Of a DNA stretch of 27,786 nucleotides, positions 1 to 8,394 are shown in pieces (position 1 is the first letter of the stretch; the number at the start of each line of letters is the position of its first letter). The notes beneath the pieces are model-generated. The model was given only the letters and a program-made list of their open reading frames with translations. It was not told where the DNA came from and searched no databases. Made by a program: the position numbers and the translations under genes. This DNA is from a virus (lineage: Duplodnaviria; Caudoviricetes), in the IMG/VR virus record IMGVR_UViG_3300016670_000081, positions 1 through 27,786 of that record. The stretch is one strand, 5' to 3'.

Positions 1-3
1 TGG

Positions 4-1662
4 TTATATGGGGGCAAGATCATCTGCATCGCTTGGCAAGGTACGGCCCGTATAGAACTGACCTAGCCCGGCTGGCCAACGCTCATCAAACTGCGCATTA
101 CGTAAACAGTCCTCGAGCGTATGTCTGAAGCTATGATTGCCGAATCCTGCACCAAAGCCGAGAACGTCACGCACAAATGGCACAAATCTTTGTTCATACG
201 CCCGTCCCCATATCGGCTGCTCGCTAGCGCGCTCGGGTACAGCCGATGGGAATAAAGGAGACATTGGGCCACGTTTGTTTGCGGTTACCACAAAGTCCAT
301 GAAGCCCAACTCCAGCAGTATAGGATGAATCGGCACGATCCTTCGCGTTGCTTCATTTTTCAGACTTCGTTGCGGCAGACCTTGTGCTTCCTGTCCATCT
401 TCATCACTCACTTGAATTCTCATCAGCGCGAATCCGGCTTCCACCAAGATATCGCTACTAAGAAGCTGCAATGGTTCGCGAACCCTAAAACCTTGATACA
501 AGCAAATTAGAGGGATCCAGTACCTTGCACCGAGATCCCATTTCATACGCCCCTTCCAATTTTCAGCCCTAGGATCATACCAAGCAGACGTGAATAAGGT
601 ATTCAATTGAGCTATCGAATAAGGGTATCGTGGTCGCTTCCGCCGCTGCTCTTCCGCGGCAGTTATTCTCGGCATATTGTCTAATTCGGCAACTGGATTG
701 CGGTAGCACATTTCCTGTGTTTTGGCCTCACCAAAAGCCTCAGCCAATCCGGCACGCACCTTCATGGAATACTTCATACTCCACGATGCACTGTCCGCGT
801 GAAGGCGACTCTCAAAGAACTTGTATATATCAAGAGAAGACACATCCTCCACGAATTTATCACCACAAAATTCTATTAGGCGGTTCCACCAAGAAAGGTT
901 TGTCGTTTGTGTTTTGCGCCCGTGCGTGGAAAGCCTCTTGACGTAAAGAGCCGTGACGTCAGAGAGTCTAGGCTTAGTCTTGCCAAGAGCTGGTCGAGGA
1001 GCTTCAATTTCCCATACCGCAGGAAGTGGCACCGCATCAGGAAGTACCGGCTCTGCAAATTCTCCACGTTGACGAGCAGCAAGAATTTGGCATCCTTGTT
1101 GAGCTGCCCTCAGGAACTCGTAGGTCAGCGTTTGAATAGCGTCCCCCGTATCATCGACTAACCGATAGCCACGGAACAGTGTCAACTGTTCGATAACCGG
1201 AAAAAAAGCTGATACATCGCCTGAAACCACGGCATTCTTAACACTAGCAAGAACAGCATCTATGTCAGCCGTCAATTCTCCAGCCTCGTCACCATGAGCC
1301 CAACGTTCTTGGCGACTTCTCGCCGCGTAATCAGATGAAAGCCCTGAAAGATACAAAGCAGACAACTGTCCGGCAAGGCCGGGGCGATTTGCCTCCAGCA
1401 CTTTCAATCTTTTTGCAGGATCTTTTTTCAGAAATGCATCAATAGCATCTTCAGTTCGTCGCCCGAGTACCAATTGCTGCCTGGTCGATTGAAAGAGCTT
1501 TGTGCTGTGCGCCTCTAGCTCAGCCCATCTTTCTTTCGCAAGGCTAAACTGGCGGCCCAAGGATTTTTTGATGACAGTCTTACCTATGGCTTCCTGCAGA
1601 TCAGCAGGCACTGCTTTCAGATAGACATACCCCGATGGGGTTTTACGCAGGTTGGGGAGCAT
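4..1662 (-). CDS. int: Tyrosine recombinase/integrase with N-terminal DUF6538-like domain; possibly C-terminally truncated
   Basis: N-term 'GYVYLKAVPADLQEAIGKTVIKKSLG' is DUF6538-like; catalytic motifs 'LYQGFRVRE' (R), 'SLKNEATRRIVPIHP' (K), 'HSFRH' (HxxR). ATG at 1662 is preceded by GGAAGAGG. The track's longer start (1758) overlaps the att arm sites. Confidence 0.88.
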   Translation of the reverse strand: MLPNLRKTPSGYVYLKAVPADLQEAIGKTVIKKSLGRQFSLAKERWAELEAHSTKLFQSTRQQLVLGRRTEDAIDAFLKKDPAKRLKVLEANRPGLAGQLSALYLSGLSSDYAARSRQERWAHGDEAGELTADIDAVLASVKNAVVSGDVSAFFPVIEQLTLFRGYRLVDDTGDAIQTLTYEFLRAAQQGCQILAARQRGEFAEPVLPDAVPLPAVWEIEAPRPALGKTKPRLSDVTALYVKRLSTHGRKTQTTNLSWWNRLIEFCGDKFVEDVSSLDIYKFFESRLHADSASWSMKYSMKVRAGLAEAFGEAKTQEMCYRNPVAELDNMPRITAAEEQRRKRPRYPYSIAQLNTLFTSAWYDPRAENWKGRMKWDLGARYWIPLICLYQGFRVREPLQLLSSDILVEAGFALMRIQVSDEDGQEAQGLPQRSLKNEATRRIVPIHPILLELGFMDFVVTANKRGPMSPLFPSAVPERASEQPIWGRAYEQRFVPFVRDVLGFGAGFGNHSFRHTLEDCLRNAQFDERWPAGLGQFYTGRTLPSDADDLAPI

Positions 1663-1699
1663 ATCGACCTCTTCCGTCGACGTCGCTCTCTGCTTGTGG

Positions 1700-1721
1700 T
1701 TTGTACCAGTCATTTGTACCA
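1700..1721. repeat. TTTGTACCA direct repeat, putative integrase arm-type binding sites
   Basis: Perfect 9-bp repeat at 1700-1708 and 1713-1721 between the integrase start and the tRNA-like core. Related TGTACC/CGTACC pair at 1838-1843 and 1850-1855 on the other side. Confidence 0.6.
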
Positions 1722-1773
1722 AAGGGTTGCAAAACCCCTTGATAATAAGCGAAAACAATCACTTACGATAGAC

Positions 1774-1787
1774 TGGCGGAAGCGGTG
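1774..1787 (-). other. att core: displaced 3' fragment of a tRNA-Ser gene
   Basis: Minus strand reads CACCGCTTCCGCCA, as in the 3' T-stem/acceptor/CCA end of tRNA-Ser(UGA) genes (...GAGTTCGAATCTCACCGCTTCCGCCA, from memory). No TTCGA loop precedes it, so it is a fragment. IHF-like AAACAATCACTTA at 1753-1765. Confidence 0.72.
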
Positions 1788-2039
1788 TAATGCACATAAC
1801 GAGTATTCATAAGCCGTAGGCTATCAGAAACTATCAATGTACCTACATTCGTACCGTCGATTGATATCGATCACAGAATTTTTCAGGCCTTGACTTCGGT
1901 CGACACTTCATAGCCTGCCACCATCGAGGACAGTACTCAACCACAGCTTGAGAATTTTATAAATTCAGGATATTTTGTCAAAAAAATTTCTTTTGCGTTG
2001 TATCATGCCAATTAAATAATAAATTTGATCGGACAAAGT

Positions 2040-2789
2040 ATGCCTGAATTATTTTCTGGTGCGAGGTTAAAAGCAAATCGGGCTCGTCAACACGTCAACG
2101 AATTAGACAAGGTTTTAGCCGCGCACATTGAGCGCGGCGCTGGAAAAATGAGGGTCAAGAAGGAGGCTCAATTTTGCTATACCCTCGTTTTCGTAGCGGA
2201 GCCTATGCCAGACGATATCCCACTGATTCTAGGAGACGCGATCCATAACCTTCGTGCCGCCCTTGACCATGTGGCTTGGGAGTTGATCGCTGCAGCTGGT
2301 GGGGTCCCGGGGAAAAATACTTACTTCCCCATTTGCGAAACGCGCGAAAAACTGATAAAAGCTGTCGAAAAAGGAGAAATGAAAATAGCTGGCCCAACTA
2401 TTTGCAGTCTCATTATCGATACGATTCAGCCTTACAAGAACGGCAAGAGCGCGCTCTGGCCATTACACGACACGGATATAACCGACAAGCATAGGCTCCT
2501 AGTTCCCGTAGTAGGAGTTGCTAAGAGTGAACGTTTAAGTATCCGCACTCAACAGGGGGGTGGCATACTCAACTTTCACGTTGTAGTAGCCCCTGGAAAC
2601 ACGCAAGGTGTTTATCGATCTAACTGCATTTTTACCCTGACAACCGAAGGCAAGCCAACATGTGAAATATACTTTCCGGCAGATAGTGGCTTCGGTACCG
2701 AGCCACTAATCCCTACATTAAATCGCCTCTGCGAAACTGTCGTTGAAGTAATCGACTCAATCGAGAGGACTTTCAATGCACCTAACTAA
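2040..2789 (+). CDS. Hypothetical AT-rich cargo protein, possible HEPN-like fold
   Basis: 249-aa ORF in lower-GC DNA between att and cos; helical motifs 'ARLKANRARQHVNEL', 'GDAIHNLRAALDH', 'LHDTDITDKHRLL'. ATG at 2040 chosen over TTG at 2025. Confidence 0.75.
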   Translation: MPELFSGARLKANRARQHVNELDKVLAAHIERGAGKMRVKKEAQFCYTLVFVAEPMPDDIPLILGDAIHNLRAALDHVAWELIAAAGGVPGKNTYFPICETREKLIKAVEKGEMKIAGPTICSLIIDTIQPYKNGKSALWPLHDTDITDKHRLLVPVVGVAKSERLSIRTQQGGGILNFHVVVAPGNTQGVYRSNCIFTLTTEGKPTCEIYFPADSGFGTEPLIPTLNRLCETVVEVIDSIERTFNAPN

Positions 2790-2844
2790 CTGCAAAGAGG
2801 CAACTTTACCATTCTAGCAATTATGGTGACACCTAAATAACACA

Positions 2845-2860
2845 CTGTATATGAATACAG
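2845..2860. promoter_or_regulatory. LexA (SOS) box
   Basis: CTGTATATGAATACAG matches CTG-N10-CAG with an AT-rich spacer and flanking ...CAGTA. Confidence 0.8.
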
Positions 2861-3147
2861 TATGACAGGTGTTCTTGATGCTGCAAAACCCGGCAATTAT
2901 GCGAATGCCTGAAGATCGAGGGCGCTCAGAATAGGGAAAGTCACACATAGGCCAGGAGCGCGCCAGGATGCGTCGCAGCACGAAAACAACACCGCTCCCA
3001 CATCGCATCACCACCCTCACAAAAAACCGCTCAAAGTGCGTCAAAATGCGTCAAATCGCATGCCCCCTCTTCGCGCCGCCGCGCTAGTCCTCATGCGCCT
3101 TCGGCCATAGCGCAAATTTGAGTCAAAAGACCCCTATCTAGTGGGCA

Positions 3148-3173
3148 GGTGTGGAGGGGGGACAACTGCGCGC
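3148..3173 (+). other. P2-type cos (cohesive end) site
   Basis: GGTGTGGAGGGGGGACAAC-TGCGCGC resembles the P2 end GGCGAGGCGGGGAAAGCAC-TGCGCGC and sits in the expected position downstream of the portal operon. Confidence 0.7.
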
Positions 3174-3230
3174 GCCGGGCCGAAATGGGCTTTTTTCGTG
3201 CTTTTCATGCACCCCGGTAGGCAGGGGCGC

Positions 3231-3253
3231 AAAAAAGCCGCCTCGTGGGCGGC
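3231..3253 (-). terminator. Rho-independent terminator of the P-Q operon
   Basis: Minus strand GCCGCC-CACGA-GGCGGC-TTTTTT, about 75 bp after the last minus-strand gene. Confidence 0.75.
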
Positions 3254-3328
3254 CTGTGGGGTTGCTGGAGCGGGTCGGCGCGGCTGGGCGGCGTTCGGTC
3301 GGCCCTGCGCGCTATCGCGCCGTGGCGG

Positions 3329-3544
3329 TCATCCTGGGCGGCCGGCGCGGGTCTTCGCGGCCAGCTCCTTTTCGTAGTCGTCGCGGCAGTCGATGTTGCA
3401 GAACCGGAAGCCCGGCGCCAGCGGCTGGTCGCAGAAATGGCAGGGGCCATGCTCTTCCAGGCCGGTGCTGCGCCGCACTGCGGCCAGGCCGCGCGCCACC
3501 TCGGCGTAGATGATGCTGTCGGTCTTGTCGATATGGTCGCTCAT
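3329..3544 (-). CDS. Small C4 zinc-finger protein (TraR/DksA-like phage protein)
   Basis: 'MSDHIDK...' acidic N-term, CHFC...FCNIDCRDDYE; start overlaps the portal stop (ATGA). Confidence 0.75.
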   Translation of the reverse strand: MSDHIDKTDSIIYAEVARGLAAVRRSTGLEEHGPCHFCDQPLAPGFRFCNIDCRDDYEKELAAKTRAGRPG

Positions 3545-4614
3545 GCTGCACCCTCCCCGCCCTTGACCAGCTCATACGGGGCGAACTTCACCACTTCCAC
3601 GCCGGCCCATTCGTTGATGGCCATGAACTGCGACTGCAGCGGCACCAGCTCGTTGCGGGCGAATACGCGCGCGGCCGGCTCGACGGCGCCAAAGCCGCCG
3701 GCGTTGCTGGGCAGGATGCCCATCAGCTGCGGCGGCACGCGGTGCGCGGCCAGCTGGTCGTCGCGCGTCACACTCTTGATGTTAAAGAATTCGTCCTTGG
3801 CGGCCACATCCGATACCGGCAGAATCTGGATACCGTCCTTCTTGCCGTTCGGCGCATACATGAACAGGTTGCGAAAGTTGCCCGGGCCTTTGCTGTCACG
3901 CATCGCCTGGCGCAGATTGTCTACGTCCGCCGTGTTGGCCGCCGCGTCGGTCATGTAGAACACGAAGCCGGCATGACTGCCATTCTTGTAATACTTGCGC
4001 CGGAACAGCGTGGCCGCTTCATTGAGCCAGGCCGATTGCAGCGCGCTCAGGTACTGCGGCACGCCGTACAGCTCCTGGTTCACATCGGGCTCCATCAGAT
4101 GGAACACGCGGCCCGTTTCAAACTGGTGCTCGGTGCCGTGGTTGGTCACAAAAAAATACGTGTCCATGTCGATGCCGCGCCGCATGTACTTGGCCAGCGC
4201 ATGCGCGAAGGTCAAAGGCCGGCCGCTGCGGCTGGGCCGGTCTTCCAGGTAGGCATTGCCGAAGGTGAGGAAGTCGAGCGCCAGGCGCTTGAAGGCGTCG
4301 CGCGACAGATACTTGCTCGGCAGCAGCGTGGACGCCAGCACGTTGGCCTTGAAGTGGATAGCGCTGCTGTGATGCACGCCGGCGTTGAAGGACTTGGCCA
4401 GGCCGGCCAGGTTGATCGGTGGCTCGTACCATTGGCCGTTCTTCCAGCATTCGAAGCAGTCGAGGATATCGCCGTGCTCGAGCACGGGCGTGGGGTCGCC
4501 GAAAGAAAACGCCTGGATACCGGCGGCAGCGGCGGCTGGCGCCGGCGCTGCCAGTTCGGTGGTTGCGGCGGTTGCGGCGCGCTGGCTGGCGCGCCGATGT
4601 CGTTTGTTGCTCAA
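3541..4614 (-). CDS. Q: Portal protein (P2 gpQ, PBSX family)
   Basis: 'AFSFGDPTPVL', 'WYEPP', 'QELYGVPQYLSAL', 'GPGNFRNLFMYAPNGKKDGIQ'; TTG start overlaps the terminase stop. Confidence 0.96.
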   Translation of the reverse strand: MSNKRHRRASQRAATAATTELAAPAPAAAAAGIQAFSFGDPTPVLEHGDILDCFECWKNGQWYEPPINLAGLAKSFNAGVHHSSAIHFKANVLASTLLPSKYLSRDAFKRLALDFLTFGNAYLEDRPSRSGRPLTFAHALAKYMRRGIDMDTYFFVTNHGTEHQFETGRVFHLMEPDVNQELYGVPQYLSALQSAWLNEAATLFRRKYYKNGSHAGFVFYMTDAAANTADVDNLRQAMRDSKGPGNFRNLFMYAPNGKKDGIQILPVSDVAAKDEFFNIKSVTRDDQLAAHRVPPQLMGILPSNAGGFGAVEPAARVFARNELVPLQSQFMAINEWAGVEVVKFAPYELVKGGEGAA

Positions 4615-6410
4615 TTATAAATCTCCATAATGGATTGGTTATTGTCGGTAGTGCCTTCAAACGGTTCGTGGTCGAGCGCGTGCATGCAGGCCCAGGCCAG
4701 GTCGGCGTGGCCGGTTTCGTCGCTGCGCCCGGCCACGTAGGTGACATGCCGCCCGCTGGCGGTGAGGGTCTTGCTGATCGCCATGAATGACTGCGCGATA
4801 TCGATCCAGCCGGCGTCAAACTCCAGCCGGCCCTTGCTGATGATGTTTTTGGCCTTCAAGACCATGCGGGTTTTGACTTCCGGCGAGTAGTTCAGCGCCG
4901 TGACGGCCGGGAAAAAGCCGCGCACGATGGGCAGCACGCCAATGCCCATGCCGGTGGTGTCAATGCCGATGTATTCCACGTTGTAGCGCTGCGTCATCTG
5001 GCGGATCGCTTCGGCGTGGTCTTCGAAACTCTGCCCGCGCCACTGGTGGCGCTCGAGCACGCGGAACTTGCCGCCGGCCGTCATCGGCGGCGCCAGCACC
5101 ACGCAGCCGGCGCTGTCGCCGTTTAATGCAGGGTCGTAGCCAATCCACACTGGCCGGTTGCCGAACGGCCGATGCGGTGCGGTCAGCGGCTTGTAGTCGT
5201 CCCACTCCCCCCATGAATCGACCATGCAGCGCTGTAGCTCGGCCAGCGGGAACACCGACGCCGAGTCGTCGATGAAATTGCACATCAGCAGGTTTTCAAA
5301 CTGGTCCGGGCTGTATTCGAAGTTGCGCAGCTCGTCGATATCGAACAGGTTGCAGCCGCCGCGCTCGGCGTCCAGAATGGTGACGATCTGGCGCCAGATT
5401 TTGTCCTCGCCCGTAAAGCCCGACGACAGCCGGCTATGGCTCACATCGATCTTGACCTGGTCGGCCTTGGCGCGGCGCTTGTTGAACAGCTCGCCGGTCC
5501 AGAACGGATAGGCCTGGTGCGTGGTCGAAGATGGCGTCGAGAAATAGGTCTTGCGCCATTTCTTGTGGATGGCCATGCCCGATGCCACCTTGTTGAGTTC
5601 CTGGAAATTGTGCGTCCAGAAAAATTCATCGAAGTAGAAGTTGCCATGGTAGCCCTGCGCCGTGCGCGCATTGGTGCCCAGGAAGTACAGGTGCGCGCCG
5701 TTCGGCAGCACGATGGGGTCGCCAGACAGCTCGATGCCGGCCGCCTCGCGGGCAAACTGCACGATGTACTGCTTGAAAACGTGCGCCTGGCTTTTTGAGG
5801 CCGACAGGAAAATCTGGTTGCGGCCCGTTTCCATGGCATCGGCCAGCGCCTCGCGCGCGAAATACCAGGTGGCGCCGATCTGGCGCGACTTGAGAATGGC
5901 GCGCGTGCGCTGGTCGCCGTTGCGATACCAGACTTTCTGGTAGTCAAACAGCGAATCCTGGAACGCGTCGAGCAGCTGGATGCGCTGTTCGTCGCTGAAA
6001 TCGTTGCGCACCGGCTTCTTCTTCGGGCCGGCATTGCGGTTGGCCAGCTTGGGGTTCAGATCGACCTCGTTGCCGCCTGGTTGCTCATAGCGGCGCACGC
6101 GCGCCATCTGCACGATGGTGCGTGCCAGCAGATCAATCTCTTTGTAGTCGCTACCGCTCTTGACTTCCTTCTCGATCAGCTTGACCAGGCGCAGCTCTGC
6201 CGACGCTTCGACATGCTCGATGGCCTGCGCCTTGTCCCATTCGTCGCGCCCCTTCCAGCTGTTGATGGTGCTGCGCTTGATGCCCAGATGCCGGGCAATC
6301 GACGAGATCCGCCAGCCCTTCCAGTACAGCCCGCGCGCCACGCGGCGCGGCTCGGATTCGGGCACGGCCAGTTCGGTAATTTTCGCCAGTTTTTCGTCGG
6401 TTTCTAACAT
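4611..6410 (-). CDS. P: Terminase large/ATPase subunit (P2 gpP)
   Basis: N-term HTH 'LYWKGWRISSIA', 'ILKSRQIGATWYFAREA', Walker B 'FYFDEFFW', nuclease 'IGYDP', 'GHADLAWA'. Start at 6410 fits the promoter spacing. Confidence 0.96.
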   Translation of the reverse strand: MLETDEKLAKITELAVPESEPRRVARGLYWKGWRISSIARHLGIKRSTINSWKGRDEWDKAQAIEHVEASAELRLVKLIEKEVKSGSDYKEIDLLARTIVQMARVRRYEQPGGNEVDLNPKLANRNAGPKKKPVRNDFSDEQRIQLLDAFQDSLFDYQKVWYRNGDQRTRAILKSRQIGATWYFAREALADAMETGRNQIFLSASKSQAHVFKQYIVQFAREAAGIELSGDPIVLPNGAHLYFLGTNARTAQGYHGNFYFDEFFWTHNFQELNKVASGMAIHKKWRKTYFSTPSSTTHQAYPFWTGELFNKRRAKADQVKIDVSHSRLSSGFTGEDKIWRQIVTILDAERGGCNLFDIDELRNFEYSPDQFENLLMCNFIDDSASVFPLAELQRCMVDSWGEWDDYKPLTAPHRPFGNRPVWIGYDPALNGDSAGCVVLAPPMTAGGKFRVLERHQWRGQSFEDHAEAIRQMTQRYNVEYIGIDTTGMGIGVLPIVRGFFPAVTALNYSPEVKTRMVLKAKNIISKGRLEFDAGWIDIAQSFMAISKTLTASGRHVTYVAGRSDETGHADLAWACMHALDHEPFEGTTDNNQSIMEIYN

Positions 6411-6416
6411 GCCGCC

Positions 6417-6515
6417 AGAGTAGGCCGCGCGCGCGCGCAACGGGAGCATGCGCGGGTCGCTACACTCGATAGCAACCCGCAGCGCATTGAAGGGATGCGG
6501 CAACAGGCCGACCAT
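6417..6515. promoter_or_regulatory. Divergent late promoters pP/pO with palindromic activator site
   Basis: Inverted repeat GCGGGTCGCTA-N7-TAGCAACCCGC (6452-6480); -10-like hexamers exactly 29 nt from each arm (TACTCT on minus at 6417-6422; GACCAT at 6510-6515). Confidence 0.65.
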
Positions 6516-6545
6516 GGCGCTATCCGATCAACCACCAACAACGCC

Positions 6546-7337
6546 ATGGCAAACAAATCCCAATTTTTCCGCGTCGCCACCGAAGGCGCCACCACTGACG
6601 GCCGCAATATCGACCGCGCCACCATCGAGCAGATCGCCGCCACCTACAACCCGAAAACCTACGGTGCCCGTATCTGGCTGGAGCACATTCGCGGCATCCT
6701 GCCGGACTCGCAATTCAAAGCCTACGGCGATGTGATTGCCGTCAAGACCGAAGAAGTCGATACCGACAGCGGCAAGAAGCTGGCCCTGTTCGCGCAGATC
6801 GAGCCCACGCCGGAACTGGTGGCCATCAACAAAGCCAAGCAAAAGCTGTACACCAGCCTGGAAATCCAGCCGGAATTTGCCGACTCGGGCCGCCCTTACC
6901 TGGTCGGTCTGGGCGTGACCGACAGCCCGGCAAGCCTGGGCACCGACGCCCTGAAGTTTTCCAGTGGTCGCAAGCAGCAAGCCAGCAATCTGTTCTCGAC
7001 CGCTGTCGAAGTCGAACTGAAGTTCGATGAACCGCAAGGCGTCAACCTGACCGACGCCGTCAAGAACCTGCTGGCGCGCTTCTCCACCAAGAGCGGCGGC
7101 GACGCCGCGCAGTTTGCCGACATCGGCGCGGCCGTGAAGGAGCTGGCTGGCCACGTGGTCACCGTCAGCGACCACTACGCCGCCGGCGCCAAGCGCATCG
7201 ATGAGCTGGAAGCCACGTTGAAGGCCACGCAGGACGAACTGGCGCAGTTCAAGAAGCAGATGGACGAAACGCCCGGCAACACCACGCCGCGCCCACCGGC
7301 CACCGGCACCACCGGCGCCGTGCAGACCGAATTTTAA
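6546..7337 (+). CDS. O: Capsid scaffolding protein (P2 gpO)
   Basis: 'FFRVATEGATTDGRNI', 'YGARIWLEH', 'YLVGLGVTDSPASLGT'. Confidence 0.96.
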   Translation: MANKSQFFRVATEGATTDGRNIDRATIEQIAATYNPKTYGARIWLEHIRGILPDSQFKAYGDVIAVKTEEVDTDSGKKLALFAQIEPTPELVAINKAKQKLYTSLEIQPEFADSGRPYLVGLGVTDSPASLGTDALKFSSGRKQQASNLFSTAVEVELKFDEPQGVNLTDAVKNLLARFSTKSGGDAAQFADIGAAVKELAGHVVTVSDHYAAGAKRIDELEATLKATQDELAQFKKQMDETPGNTTPRPPATGTTGAVQTEF

Positions 7338-7375
7338 GCAGCACCCCCTTACCCCATATCACGGAGCAGCGATTT

Positions 7376-8392
7376 ATGAAGAAGCAAACCCGCCTGGTTT
7401 TCAGCCAGTACGAAACCCGTCTGGGCCAGTTGAACGACACCGACAGCGTCGCCAAGACCTTCAGCGTGGCGCCTAGCGTGCAGCAGAAGCTGGAAACGAA
7501 GATGCAGGAATCGAGCGAATTCCTGAAAAAGATCAACATCATGGGCGTGGCCGAACAGGAAGGCGAAAAGCTGGGCCTGGGCGTATCGGGCCCGATTGCC
7601 GGCCGCACCGACACCAAGACGGCCGAGCGCGAGACGCGCGACCTGTCCACGCTGGACAGCACCAAGTACCGCTGCGAACAAACCAACTTTGATACCCACC
7701 TGACCTATGCCAAGCTGGACGCCTGGGCCAAGTTCCCCGACTTCCAGGCGCGCGTGGCCAATGCCATCGTGATCCGCCAGGCGCTCGACCGCATCGTGAT
7801 CGGTTTTAACGGCATCAAGGTCATGGCCAATACCGATCTGGCGAACAATCCGCTGCTGCAGGACGTGAACAAAGGCTGGCTGCAGCACCTGCGCGAACAG
7901 GCGCCCGAGCGCGTGCTGGGCCTGGCCGGCGCCGGCCTGCCGGGCAAGGTCGTTATCGGTGACGTCGACGGCGCGGACTATGCCAATCTGGACGCCGCCG
8001 TGACCGACGCCGTCAACCTGCTGGACCCGTGGTATCAGGAAGATACGGGTCTGGTGGCCATCGTCGGCCGCAAGCTGTTGAGCGACAAGTATTTCCCGCT
8101 GGTGAACACCAAGCAGGCGCCGACTGAAACCCTGGCGGCCGATATCATCATCAGCCAGAAACGCATCGGTGGCCTGCCCGCCGTGCGCGTACCGTACTTC
8201 CCGGATAACGCCATCCTGATTACCCGCTTCGACAACCTGTCGATCTACTTCCAGGACGGCGCGCGTCGCCGCCGCGTGGAAGATGCGCCGAAGCGCGACC
8301 GCATCGAGAACTACGAATCGTCCAACGACGCCTACGTGATCGAAGACCTGGGCCTGGCCGCGCTGGTGGAACACATCGAGCTGAAAGCATAG
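7376..8392 (+). CDS. N: Major capsid protein (P2 gpN)
   Basis: 'FSVAPSVQQKLE', 'LDAWAKFPDFQ', 'NPLLQDVNKGWLQ', 'NYESSNDAYVIED'. Confidence 0.97.
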   Translation: MKKQTRLVFSQYETRLGQLNDTDSVAKTFSVAPSVQQKLETKMQESSEFLKKINIMGVAEQEGEKLGLGVSGPIAGRTDTKTAERETRDLSTLDSTKYRCEQTNFDTHLTYAKLDAWAKFPDFQARVANAIVIRQALDRIVIGFNGIKVMANTDLANNPLLQDVNKGWLQHLREQAPERVLGLAGAGLPGKVVIGDVDGADYANLDAAVTDAVNLLDPWYQEDTGLVAIVGRKLLSDKYFPLVNTKQAPTETLAADIIISQKRIGGLPAVRVPYFPDNAILITRFDNLSIYFQDGARRRRVEDAPKRDRIENYESSNDAYVIEDLGLAALVEHIELKA

Positions 8393-8394
8393 CC

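Noticed and set aside
1774-1860. Intact tRNA-Ser gene
   Set aside because: Only the last 14 nt match; no T-loop, anticodon arm or D arm is present.
2814-3513. Short ORFs across the LexA box and cos
   Set aside because: No RBS or recognisable motifs; the region is better explained as regulatory and packaging DNA.
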